From positions 6,200,001-6,264,000 of the forward strand of contig CP075496.1 of assembly GCA_021613535.1 (NCBI GenBank): 64,000 nt of DNA, given 5' to 3'. Under the pieces are notes generated by a model. The model searched no databases. It was given only the letters and a program-made list of their open reading frames with translations, and had not been told where the DNA came from. Every line of letters begins with the position of its first letter. Position 1 is the stretch's first letter. This document shows, piece by piece, positions 41,056-54,052 of this stretch. A program made the position numbers and the translations under genes. Source of the DNA: Adineta vaga (lineage: Eukaryota; Animalia; Rotifera).

Positions 41056-42086
41056 CTATTCATTTCCATCATCACTATTGTTATTTTCCGCTAAACAAAA
41101 ACAAAACAAAACGTGAAATAATGATCAGAATGAGTAAGTTTTAATCATACTCTTTTCTATGGAATGTGTACTAAATGGTTGAATACCAAGAAATCGAGCA
41201 TAATCATCTCCATAATAAACAAATAACTCTTCACCAGGTTGAATTGTTCGTATTGTTTTATAAAACATATTTCGATCGTATTGAATGGCTTGTAAATTTT
41301 GTTGTTCATATGTATTTGGACCTTTTAAAATAATGAAATAATAAACAAAACATCGTTGACGATATATTTACTACGTACAATTAATCTAAACAATAATCAA
41401 ACGATTATTATCTTTTCAATATTTTTAAACTTACATATCGCAACCAATTACTAGTATTTGGATCACTTCCATCAATAATATAAATCATCTTAAGAAGTTT
41501 TTTGAAAATATAATTTTAATTCGAAAACAAAAATCATTACTTTGCCGTGCTTATCTACAATACTCCAAGCATATCCTGATTCTTGTGCATTTTTAAAATT
41601 TGAATGTCGTATACCAAGATAAGGTCCAAAGAATGTGTTTTTTTCTAATCGTTTCGTAGTGAAGACACCTTTGCCTGCATTGGAAATTGTTGATAGTTTT
41701 AGGATAAGTCCATCTGGACAAGTGAAATCTGATTTTAATTGTGAATGTTTAAGAGACAATTTCGATATCTGAAATGATAGAAATATTTCTATTGAATATT
41801 TTTCTTGAATATTTCAACAAACTTTACGATCAGGAATATAAGTTTGTTTATGATATGGACAAATATTATCGTAATATTGATTACAATCATCACAGAATAA
41901 TCGAACATCATCAAATTCAGATTTCGAAGATGTTCGTCGATATTTCGATTTATCATGAGAAGAATGTTTTGATGAAAATTTTTTCTTTGATTCATTTATT
42001 TTGAAATCTGATGAATCTTTACGTTTTTTCTCTCCAGAATGAATAGAAGTTAGATTTCGTCGATTAGAATGTTCTTGTTCATACAT
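41056..42086 (-). CDS. PRDM9: PRDM7/PRDM9-like PR/SET histone methyltransferase: Zn knuckle plus PR/SET, no KRAB, no C2H2 array
   Basis: [16 protein letters not shown] knuckle, [48 protein letters not shown]...[17 protein letters not shown]. The stop follows shortly. Symbol means family-like, not orthology. Confidence 0.85.
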
Positions 42087-42603
42087 ATTATTATTCGACG
42101 AATATATAATTTTAGTTTTTGTAATGAAGAAATCTCTAGATGACACGATTCAATCGATTGTTAGTATTGTATATCGGAATGAAAAATAAAAGAAAATTTG
42201 AAAAATTCAATGTTAGAATTGCTAAATTGATAAGTTTTTGGCGGTGAATAGTTTTTGAGAGATTGAGAGTAGATTTTGAAAACTATACACTTTCAATAGA
42301 AGAGATAAAGATCGTTATGGTCTATTTTAATGCTAGATTTCATCTTTTAATTAATTGATGAATACGTGAAAGTTCTAGTGGTCATGTGCTGTATATTTTA
42401 CAGATCAACATGAGACGCCATCTATTGATTGACAATATCTTTGGTGATATTTAAATCCATAGACCCAACAATCAATTCATGACTGACTTATTCATCTTGC
42501 TTGCCTTGCCTCTTTCCATTTCTTCTCGATATGCCTGGACGAAAAAAGTCATAAATATACGTATTAATCGTTGTTTTCTTTTGTATACTAATATTATAAT
42601 TTA

Positions 42604-45600
42604 ATGACTCGTCGACATCGAACATTTATAGTATTCATCACAAGTGCTGCAGCAGCTACTGTTGGTCTTAATCGTTTAATTCATCGATATCAAACAAATG
42701 CTTCCACTGATAATAACTCTTCCGATCTTTCATTACAATTTATCGAATCTAAACTTCATTTAAGTGATGATCTATTAAAAAACAAAGATAATACATATAT
42801 TTCAATTGAACCATCCGATGAAACTAGTCATCTTCGCTATCATCAAGCTTTACAATACATAAAACAAACTCATTCGACGAATACTCATATTCGTGAACGT
42901 GGTCTTAGTCATATCGCTAAATTAAAACATCTTCCATCTACTTATTATTCGATTCTTGGTCAACAATTAGATTTACATTCAGCAGTTCAACTAGCACGAA
43001 CACATGAAGCAAATTCCAATTTATTTCCATCAGGTCCACCCTACATATTTACTATTGGAAATAAAAAAATTCTCGCTACGGATAATGTTGAAAATGTGAA
43101 TGATGATGATGTACTCTTACATACAATGAGAGGATTTCTCGATAAATTAATCGACAATGAAAAACGGCCATTAGATATATTAAGTCAACATTATCTTAAA
43201 CTGGTAAGAAACAAATGAGTATGAGATGATTTATACTATGATCAGCATATCGAAGGAATATTCTTGTCAGTTGAGACTGATTATATTGTCTTTCTTCTAT
43301 CGTATTGTATATTCAAGGTTACTTAAATTACATAAGTGTATATATGCACTATATTCGACCTCTAGTATACAGGTATATAAAGACACAATGTTGTCTACAC
43401 GATTTCGAACAAAGAGAATAGGCAAACGTTTTTGATTTTGTTTGGATTAACCGAATATAAAGCATATTTTTTATTGAAGTTAGAATCTTATTTGAATGAA
43501 ATTGATTCTCAAACAGTATTCGATCTTGGTTTACATTTTGAACCTGAACATGCTGATATGTCATCAAAAGCAATTAAACGTTATCGATCGAACTTAGAAT
43601 TATATTCAACATTTCTCTATGCTCTTCGTGGTTATGCTGATCGGTATCCACTTGATGTCATTCATCATAATGGATTGCAAATTTTAAAATATTTATATGA
43701 AAAACGCAAAGAAAATGTTCCATTTGTAAGATTTATTGGCAAAATTCTTCTTCTACTTAGTCGTGATAAACGAACACATGATGCATTCTACGCCGTTGGT
43801 TTGCATTCGAATCTATTTAAAATTCTAATCGAAGGATGTTCTTTTCATAGGTTGGCTAAGAATACTTCATGAAATGGCTATAGATGAAAATAATATCGTC
43901 TATTGTCTACTTGGATCAACAATTCTAGCTAATCTCGATCGACCAATTCATGAAAAGTTTGTAGATCGAAAATTTTTCTTTGACAAATTATGTTCTGTTT
44001 AGTGAAGAGAAGATTTCATGGAGTAAAAATATTCAACCGCTTCATTTATCTACAGAAATAAGTAATATCGAATTAATAGAAGCAGAGGAGAAGACTGAAG
44101 AAAAAAAGGAAATTGCTTTCGAACATCAATCAACATTGAAATTACCGAATGCTATCGATAAATTTATGCGTCGAGTATGGTATACAAGACCAGTTTCTGA
44201 TGAAGATGATATACCTGTTGAAATTCAAGATTTAAAAGGAAATCATGAAGTTGATGAAGAAAAAAATGTTGTACCAGATATTGATACAAGTCATTCAGTT
44301 AATCTCGATCAAACGGATGACAATGAAGAAAAAATCGAACAAGAGAAAGCAGCACCAATTCCATCATGGATCAATGATCAAGTCTATGGTGATAAAGTAA
44401 ATAAATTATGATTTTCTTGTTTTTCTTTTGAATAATAATACTTTCATAGTATCGACAAGGTTCTTTCGAGAGTATTGTACTTACTCTGTGCTCTATACAT
44501 AGCTTTAGACTAATTGACAGGTAATGCTTCAAATAAGCTATCCTCGGGTATAAATACTATATTGTAAACTACATGTGCTGCTTTAGTTTATCCATTTTAA
44601 CAAGTCGAGTTGATGACTGAGGAAAAAGTCTATATCGACCGAAAAGAGAAAACATTACCTTACCTATCCTGCTCTAATAACATGAACTAATTTTCTTTTT
44701 CAGGTTATTCTATTCAGTCCAACAATGTATAATGTTCAACAACTCGATCCTGATGTTCGTTGGCATCAAGAACCAATTGTCGATGTTATTTTTGTAAGTT
44801 ATTTATCTAAATATTCGATCGATTCATTCACATATAATTATTAGTTTCATGGCTTGGCTGGTTCAGCCTTCAAAACTTGGCGACAAGAATCTGTTCAAAC
44901 AGAACTCAAAGTAACCGAACCATTAGCATTACCAACTGATGAAAAGCCATTATCTGTGGCTGATGAACCTCCTGAAGAAGAAAGTGATGAAGTCATGGAT
45001 ATAAGTGAAGAAACAAATTGGAATACGTCCAAAAAAGATCTCAATACTACTACTACTACTACTCCCAAACTTGATGAACCTCAATCAACATCATGTTGGC
45101 CAAAAGATTGGTTAAGTAACGATGTGCCAACATCCCACATACGTATGTTAGCTGTTGATTATGAATCACGAGTTTCGGAATGGCAAGTACGTTCAATGCC
45201 AAGAAATATTCTTCGACGATCAATGCACGATCGTGCACAAGAAATTGCTGAACAATTGAAACAAGCCGGTGTTGGCAAACGACCAATTATATGGGTAAAA
45301 TTCATATATATATATATATCCTTTTTAATTTATACCTTTTGTATCGAATTTTAGATAGCACATTCAATGGGTGGATTATTAACAAAATATATTTTAACCA
45401 ATGAAGAAAATGAAGAATTAAAATTAAATACACGCGCTTGTGTATTCTTTTCGGTACCACATTTTGGAGCAGAATTAGGTTTGTAGAAGAATTCATTGTT
45501 GTTTGCCTTTGTTCATATGATCGTAAATAATATTACTTCTTCTTTATTAGCATCGTTTGGTCTTCGTCATGCATTTTTTGTTCGTCCAACGGTTGAAATT

Positions 45601-45984
45601 GAAGAATTACAACCAAATAGTACGAATCTTCTTAATTTACAAGAACGTTTTCTTGATATGCTTAAAGCTCATGATAATATCAAAATTTTAAGTTTTGCTG
45701 AAAACGAAAAGACAACATTCTCTCTACGTTATCAAACAGTTGTTGTTCCATCGGAAAGTTCACAAATAAATATTGGAAAATTTTATATATTAAATAAAAA
45801 TCATATTTATATATGTAAACCAAATTCTCGAACAACACTCGAATATCAAGAATTACTTGATCTTATTCAATCGATTTATTTTGAACGTAAAAATGAACTT
45901 AAAAGTGAACAAACCAGAGCAACAGAAGAATTTCTCTACAATTTATACATGTTTTCATCGCCAAGTGAAGATGATATGCAATAA
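42604..45984 (+). CDS. SERAC1: SERAC1-like alpha/beta-hydrolase, multi-exon
   Basis: N-terminal anchor, helical region with ILANLDR, VDVIFFHGLAGSAFKTWRQ, CWPKDWL, GVGKRPIIWIAHSMGGLL, SVPHFGA, NHIYICKP. Confidence 0.88.
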
Positions 45985-47013
45985 ATGTTTTTGTTCTTTC
46001 TTCTATCTTTCTCCCGAATATTTTCCTTTCAATTGAAATGATCAAACATATCTATTTGTTTGTGTGTGCGTGTGTGTGTTTTTGTAAAAAGAAACTTTTC
46101 ATAATCGAGCGTTAGTATTTTCAGATAATGTTAAAATATATCCATTATAATCAAGATGAACAAATATCTGTAATGAAATGAAGTATGTATAGACATACAA
46201 TTAAGACATATGTTAATGTTTTGAGAACAATTTTGTTATTCTTTGATATTATGTTTGTTTTCAGATACATTTTTGTTTTTGATTCGACGAATGACAAAAT
46301 CGATCTTATCATTTCATACTGGAGCGTCATCAATGACTCAAACAAATGAAAATCGAAAACAAATAAATAGTAAATTGTCCTCCTCATCATTGACGCCTGT
46401 TGATACATGGTCATTATCATCATTTATCACCAATAAAAATACGATTCGTTCTGGTATCACTTCATTATATCTTCTTCGAATTTGTTCGATTTCAGCACCG
46501 AATTTATGGACTATGTAATTATTTTTTTCGCGAATTCAGAGATTCTAAATAGAATATTTCGAGCGTTAGATAATCAGATATAGATGTATCAATATAATCT
46601 TATCTTTGATGAGAATGTTAGCAATTATTCTGATTTCAATAAGAAGTTTAAATAAACTTTTGAAATCATAGGATATTTCGATCATCTTCCATTTATCTTA
46701 CTGAATTATTATTTTGGTTATCCAATATTGGTTTCAATTGGTTATTATATAAAAGCGATCATTTAACACGATTTTCGAAGGAAAAACGTCTAATATATTC
46801 TTCATTTCTTTCAACAATATTTAATTTTGGTTCATTGATCATTGTTAATAGTATCAGTCATTTTTTTGGACGTGTCGAATCGTTAAGATTAATATCTAGT
46901 TTAACTCTATCGACTTGTTTATTATCGATAGGTTATTCATATATCGATGAATTTCATTCTAATCAATAAATCGATTTACTGCTCTTTTCTTTTCTAGATA
47001 ACATTTTCTAACT

Positions 47014-48443
47014 ATGAGTAATAGTACCTACGTTGTATTAAACAATTCTACAGATAAAATCGATGTTGCAATACCAATTAAAGACTCTGTTTCATTACAT
47101 ACAACGACCAATGGTACTGGTGATACATTAAAACATCGTTATTTACAAATAACAATTGCTGTAGTTCTTTATTGGTAGGAATATTAGTTAACAAAAAGTC
47201 TTCTTAATTTTTCATCATTTCTTAGGCTTGTTTCAATAACAATGGTTTTTTTAAACAAATACTTATTGAGTTCAAAAGATGTTAAAGTAGGATATCCTTT
47301 GTCTTTAGATAGATTTTTTGATAACTATGATTTATAGCTTGATGCACCGTTGTTTATTACATGGTATCAATGTATAGTAACAGTTGGAATCTGTGGTATA
47401 CTTGGAAGTTTAAATAAGAGTATTGGTGCTCTTTCAAAATTTCCTTCATTTAGCATTGATTTAAAAATCGCACGTGATGTAAATAATAAAATGATTTTTT
47501 TCTCATATAAAATTAAAACTGATAAATTTCATTGTAGGTCCTCCCGTTGTCAATCATGTTTGTTGCAATGATAACATTTAATAATTTAACTTTAAAGTAT
47601 TTGTCTGTTTCATTCTATATGGTTGGTCGTTCATTAACGACAGTTGCGAATGTCGTATGTGCATAATTCGAGTTGAGATGATTGATTAATATTTTGTCGG
47701 TTTTTTGCAGGTATTTACATACATTATGCTTGGCGAAAGAACTTCATATCACGCATTAGGTTGTTGTGCACTTATTATCGGTGGATTTTTTCTTGGTATT
47801 GATCAAGAAAATGAATTAGGTAAGTTATATTCTTGGATTTTCTTCTACATATATCCGTCTCTTCTAGGTACTCTTTCAATGTTTGGTGCACTTTGCGGTA
47901 TAGCCTCAAGTATATTTGTCGCTTTAAATGCAATATATACAACTCGTTGTTTACCGTGTGTCGATAAAAATGTTTGGCGTTTATGTTTATACAATAATTT
48001 CAATGCTTGCATTCTATTTCTTCCATTAATGCTTATTTTTAATGAAGTGCCTACTGTTTATAATTATCCGAAACTTTTCAATCATTCATTCTTATTTGCA
48101 ATGACTGTAGCCGGTATATTAGGTTTTTCAATGGGTTATGTTACTGGTTATCAGATACAAATGACAAGTCCATTAACACATAATGTATCTGGTACGGCGA
48201 AATCTTATGTTCAAACATTAATTGCTGTGATTGTTTATGTTGAAGTAAGATTATTGAACAAGATAAATGAAATAAAACGAAGAATTGTTTTTCTAGACAA
48301 AAACATCACTTTGGTGGTTGTCAAATATATTTGTTCTTGGTGGATCGGGTCTGTTTGCACATGTTCGTGCAACGGAAATGAAACGAAAACATAGTACAAT
48401 TAATTCAAGTGATAATAATTCCAATATAACTGTGTCGAAATAA
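47014..48443 (+). CDS. SLC35C1: GDP-fucose transporter, multi-exon
   Basis: [36 protein letters not shown]...[33 protein letters not shown]. Confidence 0.93.
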
Positions 48444-50062
48444 TGAATCTCAAAATCAGAAGAAAACTAAAAATCAATAGACTTTTAACGTACAAAAGAA
48501 TCTCGAAAAGCTTCATTTCTTTTCTTTTCTTTTCTTTATTTATTATTATTTCTTATTGATCTACATTCGACTATTCAACTGTGATCATTTTGTTCTCATA
48601 TTTATTCAGTTGTTTTCTATTGGAGAAAACAAAGTGAAATCTATTTATCTTATACAGTTTTAGTTTTTTTTTAAATGTGAAATAAATTAAAAGAAAACAA
48701 ACACATTCACCATTGTCAGTATATTAATAATTTTGTTGGTGATGTTGATTGGATGAGCAATGGCTTTGACCAGAACACATATTGTGACGTGGTGGTTTAG
48801 CTGGTGTTCGAAGAGTACCTGATACAGTCATTGAATTATAATTACTGCTCGAACTTGCATAATTAGATGATACATTATAATTATTCGCTTGGCTTGACGA
48901 AGACTGAAATGGATTGAATGAGAACATGTCCGAAAACAGTATAACTATGTGTCTATTATCTAAATCAAATATTTGCTTGTATAATCGATCAATCAGAACT
49001 TTGATCATGTGAAAATAATGACTCATTCATATGTTGATTCTCTTATTTTTTCTTCTGATATAATACGTTTTCTTATTACGAATAAGATTTGTGTACTTAT
49101 ACGTAAGATACGTTAGCAAGATATTTGAGTAATTATTGTTCATATTCGATTGAGAACTTGTGCTGAGTCTAGAAACACTTGTGTTAGGTGCAGAATTGAA
49201 AGTTCCATCGAATGATACCTCAGAGTGTATCAGTTCTATAATAATAGCAAGTCAATAAAAAAAATTTTTAATTTTTAATTTTATTATTTGAGGAAAAGAG
49301 AGAAAAAAAAATAAACAGAAGGAGGAAAAATAAATAAATAAATATTGAGAAGGGATAATAAGAATAAGTGTAATTTAACGCGAGGCCTTTGGAATTTTTC
49401 TTTTTCAACCGTTTTAATGTACTTTCATATATTACAATGCGTTTTGATGTATTATAATGAAGTTTTTAACTTGCTTTAATTTATTTTTGTTCATTTTTCT
49501 TATAATTTTTGTTGTTTCAACGCTTTTCTTTTCGATGTTGGATAGTTGTGATGGAGATCAAGATGTTTTTTAACAATTGGAGAGATTTTACAAATAATGG
49601 GATTAGTTAAAGAGAGGTGAGTGTGGATGTGGTGTGGGTACTACATCTATCTAAGACCCACACCCACACCCATCTTGTAATATCGTTTCTACACTATTTA
49701 TGCGATCATCTGTGAATGCATTTACTATAAATATATATAACTTGTGTAAACTCCTTACTTTCTAATGATCAATATATCCCAAATTCTTGTGAAATATCTC
49801 GCTGAATTGATTCATAACCACCTGCAATCAATATTATAAATAATATCTGAATTTTGTACCATCAGACTAGTATTAAATACTGCACAATACATTCTTCTCT
49901 TGATGATTCCGTTCAAATCATATATATTAATGAATCATCACTTTTAACACTGCCATGTGATGTAAGTGTTAAATGTTTAGATTATGAATTTACTACTTCT
50001 TCATGTAAACAACAAACAATTGAAATTGAATTGAAACTGAATGGTATTTATGAACCATTAAC

Positions 50063-51467
50063 AAAGGACGACGGCGTATGAGCAATGAGAAATAGGCGCT
50101 GAACAATTTAGTGAGAAATCTTTCTAGAAAAGTGAAATCAGTTATATTAGAGCAAGTCCAAGTAATACTGAGTGTATTGAAGCATGTTTTCATGCAAAAT
50201 ATGCTAAAACATTCTATAGATCTTTTATGCATATTGATTGTAGTTAGAGTAGGTCAGTTTTTGATTCTTCATTGAAAAGAGCATTTTATTCTGCATCGAT
50301 CCATATAAAAGCTATGTTTTTAAATCCACTATTAGGATTATTATTAATATCATTCTTTATATAGTGCTATACTAAAAATATATGATTTTGATCGATTTTT
50401 TACGTGAGCCGCTTCCGCTTACATACCAACCGAGAGAATGAAGCGAGGGCTACGAACTGGTATAAAATTCATTTGATTTCGGGTTGGTCTCGACCATCAA
50501 AACTTCACTTAATAATGTACGAATGCCAAAGTCTGTATTTTTTTACTAGTTTTGAGGACTTTGTATAGCAACAACTCATTTTTCACACAGAGAAATAATG
50601 TATTTGAAATCAGCAGAAAAATCTGAGTTGATCTATATAATTTTCAAGGCCATCAGAGTACCTTTATTTTCTTCGGAATACTTCCCCCTGCTTATTATCC
50701 TCAGGGATACATTCAAAAATGAACTTTGTTAAAAATGACATTTTATTCGTCCGTTGGCTACCCTGTTGATTTTGCTAAAATTATAACCTAATTATGTTTC
50801 AAATATAATACTGCAAGTAGCGTTTCGGTCAAATTTATTTTTGACCTTATCCCCGAGGGTGAGCACGAGGAAATATTTCGAGGAAAATAAAAGTACTCTG
50901 ATGGCCTTGAAAATTATATAGATCAAATACATTATTTCTCTGTTTGAAAAATGAGTTGTTGCTATACAAAGTCCTCAAAACTAGTAAAAAAATACAGACT
51001 TTGGCATTCGTACATTATTAAGTGAAGTTTAGATGGTCGAGACCAACCCGAAATCAAATGAATTTTATACCAGTTCGTAGCCCTCGCTTCATTCTCTCGA
51101 TTGGTATGTAAGCGGAAGCGGCTCACGCGAAAAATCGATCAAAATCATATATTTTTAGTATAGCACTATATAAAGAATGATATTAATAATAATCCTAATA
51201 GTGGATTTAAAAACATAGCTTTTATATGGATCGATGCAGAATAAAATGCTCTTTTCAATGAAGAATCAAAAACTGACCTACTCTAACTACAATCAATATG
51301 CATAAAAGATCTATAGAATGTTTTAGCATATTTTGCATGAAAACATGCTTCAATACACTCAGTATTACTTGGACTTGCTCTAATATAACTGATTTCACTT
51401 TTCTAGAAAGATTTCTCACTAAATTGTTCAGCGCCTATTTCTCATTGCTCATACGCCTCCGTCCTTT
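50063..51467. mobile_element. About 1.4-kb foldback/MITE-like non-autonomous element (arms about 50063-50727 and 50831-51467, loop about 100 bp)
   Basis: Arms are near-perfect reverse complements (GGCGTATGAGCAATGAGAAATAGG... / ...CCTATTTCTCATTGCTCATACGCC) and diverge in the inner 70 bp or so. No transposase and no clear TSD. Confidence 0.85.
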
Positions 51468-53095
51468 TCAAACATTTCATTGGTAATCTAACACATCGTT
51501 TAGAAACTGTTTTTCACTCGACAGCTATACACAAGTTTGAAAAGTTGTAGATGGATATATATGATAGTACACCAATAATGTTGAAGATATGGCACCTTGT
51601 TGATTTTTTGCTCATATATTTTTTTTTGTTAGTCATCATTTGCTTTATTTTAATAACGATACGAAAGTGTTACAAAGAGAAATTTGAAAACCACTTGAAC
51701 AACTCAAAACAGGCATAAATATAGTTGCAGACGTATTTTTCTTAGACAGTAACAATCCATAGTTCGAAGCGTCACTGTTTTATATTTTTCATTGTACATT
51801 GACAATAATTGCCTGTATTTTTTGATTTCTTACTATCTCTATAATACTGGAATGTTTCATTTTTCTTCTGTTTCCGTCGTTTATCAAATATTTCGAATAC
51901 TCAATAAACTATTCGACAATTAAATTAATTCATCTTTCAATAGTGATTAAAATATGTACTGAATAAAATTTTTTCTATTTCATTTTGTTAGACTCTATTT
52001 GACCACATTCTCGTCCTGCCAATATATGTACGCATCCTTTCTCCTATTCTCTCTTGATGCTCTCTTATTTCCCTCATTTCTCTTCTCTCCTCTCCCATTT
52101 CTTTCCTATTCTCTCTTGTATCTCTCTCTATCACTCTTGTCTTTGACATTGTTCCCTTTTCTGAAAGAAAGGCTTATACAGCGTTAAAATTATCGGCTTG
52201 AAATGCAAAAAAAAAAGTTTGTCTGTCCGACCCATCTAATCAGAACTCAGCATTCACTAAACTGCTAAAAACTGATCTGGGTGATGAGAAAAAGCTAACC
52301 TGATGGGTAATTGGGGTCGAGGACCTCGAATCTAACGTTAGTTTTTCGAAATTAGAAGTAGCTAATTATCAATTATTAATATGTGATAACGATTGTATTA
52401 TTTTGCGAACTGTACATTATAGACTATTTAAAATGAATTCGCGAAGTTAGAATCTCTAATTCGGATATATTAAAGTATTTATCCTATCTAACCCGATATT
52501 ACGAAATTTTTTTCATTTTTTGTGTGATTTCGTGCATTTTTCTGATTTTCAAAGATTTTTATACTTTTAAAGGGAATTTCATTAAGAGAAAACATGTAGA
52601 CGTGACACTTATTGAGGTCCAAATGTAGATTATGAAGTTCTGTGGGTTTTTACTCTGACTGGTTTGGGTGTTTGTCTTAACAAAAAATAGAGATTTTGGG
52701 TGTTAGTGTTGAAGGGGGTGCCTTTTTCACTTTGTGGACGGTTCATTTTTTTCATAAGTTAAACAGGTTGGGTGTTCGTGATTGTTTGCATAAATTAGTA
52801 ATACCGAATCTATTAGAATCAACGAATCTGAATTGAATGGACTTAAGTGGATTCCTTTCAACTATAATCCGATTATTTGCTCTAGTTTTGTTACATGAGT
52901 TAATGTCAAACTCACCCTCAACCGCTTCATCCTCCAGTAATTAATAACATATGAGATTTACATGGTTTTTCTCCTGTAGGTTTAATAACAGATAATGAAT
53001 ACAGAGTATCAAAATTATGACATACATAAAAATAGTATCAAATTTCATTTCATCTACTATATAAACAGAAAGTGAAAGAGAGAGCGAGAGAGATA

Positions 53096-54052
53096 ATGGC
53101 TAACTCATTAGTACAGCTTGGTACTGAATTAAGACAAATTATTATACCAATAATTATGTTTTTTGGCATACTAGGAAATTCACTCAATATTGCTGTACTC
53201 ACTAGATCTGCTCTGTATAAGCATGCTTGCTCTCGTTATTTTCTGGCTCTTGCTTGCACCAATCTTTTCTCTGCAACTGTGGTTCTTACTTTCCGTCTTT
53301 TAAGTGATGGATATCAGCTTGATGTGACCCGAACTTCTGTTGTTTTATGTAAAATGGTTTCATTTTTCTCTCAAACATCTGCAATATCCTCATCGTACAT
53401 GATTGTAGTTGCCTCGATCGATCGACTATGTGCCAGTTCAAGTAGTGTTCGTTTACGTGCGTTTAGCAATGTCAAAGTAAGTCGGTGGGTTATTCCATTT
53501 GTCCTTGTTTCAATTGCACTCTTTCATCTCAACACTTTAATTCTGACCGATTTACGATCGACCGACACGTTAGGATGCCGTGTTCGAGGTGATACTATCT
53601 ACAAACAAGTGTATATAGTCATACAAATTCTTTTATATGCTATTATTGCACCTGCTCTCATGGCAATCTTTGGTACTGTGACCATCTACAACATAAAAAA
53701 AACGCGTGTTATTCCTGCTGTAGGCGCACGCTATCGTCGCACTGAAAGTCAACTTGCTAGTATGCTCATCCTTCAAGTGAGCACTAACATTTTACTTGCA
53801 GCACCCGCAGGCTTCGCTTCTTTGATATCGGTTATGCCAAATACATTCTCAACTACGGTTGAGTTTTTTATTGCTTGGGTAATATGTCAGCTATTTCTTT
53901 ATGCTTCGTTTACTACACCCATCATTATGTATATTGTCTCCGCTAATATATATAGAAAAGAGCTCATTCGGTTGTTTCATAAAATACTATGTCGATGTGG
54001 TAATGGTCAAATCCATATAATAACTAATCAAATAACACCAATGAATTCATAA
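53096..54052 (+). CDS. Intronless rhodopsin-like (class A) orphan GPCR, likely a lineage-expanded chemoreceptor type
   Basis: GILGNSLNI, CSRYFLALA, LCK, ASIDRLC, IAPALM, TPIIMY...YRKEL; seven TM segments. Confidence 0.85.
   Translation: MANSLVQLGTELRQIIIPIIMFFGILGNSLNIAVLTRSALYKHACSRYFLALACTNLFSATVVLTFRLLSDGYQLDVTRTSVVLCKMVSFFSQTSAISSSYMIVVASIDRLCASSSSVRLRAFSNVKVSRWVIPFVLVSIALFHLNTLILTDLRSTDTLGCRVRGDTIYKQVYIVIQILLYAIIAPALMAIFGTVTIYNIKKTRVIPAVGARYRRTESQLASMLILQVSTNILLAAPAGFASLISVMPNTFSTTVEFFIAWVICQLFLYASFTTPIIMYIVSANIYRKELIRLFHKILCRCGNGQIHIITNQITPMNS

Noticed and set aside
46151-46518. Short ORFs between SERAC1 and SLC35C1
   Set aside because: No homology recognised and no clear exon structure.
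3916-48443. Syndecan, xylosyltransferase and GDP-fucose transporter as a glycosylation gene cluster
   Set aside because: Separated by many unrelated genes; no evidence beyond coincidence.
48724-49560. Ser/Asn-rich minus-strand ORF fragments after SLC35C1
   Set aside because: No consistent spliced model or recognisable homology; may be a relic but cannot be supported.
49993-51486. Two ORFs with nearly identical peptides on opposite strands (49993-50232 and 51298-51486)
   Set aside because: By-product of the inverted repeat; no coding features.
52170-52800. Possible DNA transposon remnant (GC-richer patches, weak inverted similarity near 52210 and 52740)
   Set aside because: No convincing TIR pair or TSD by eye.
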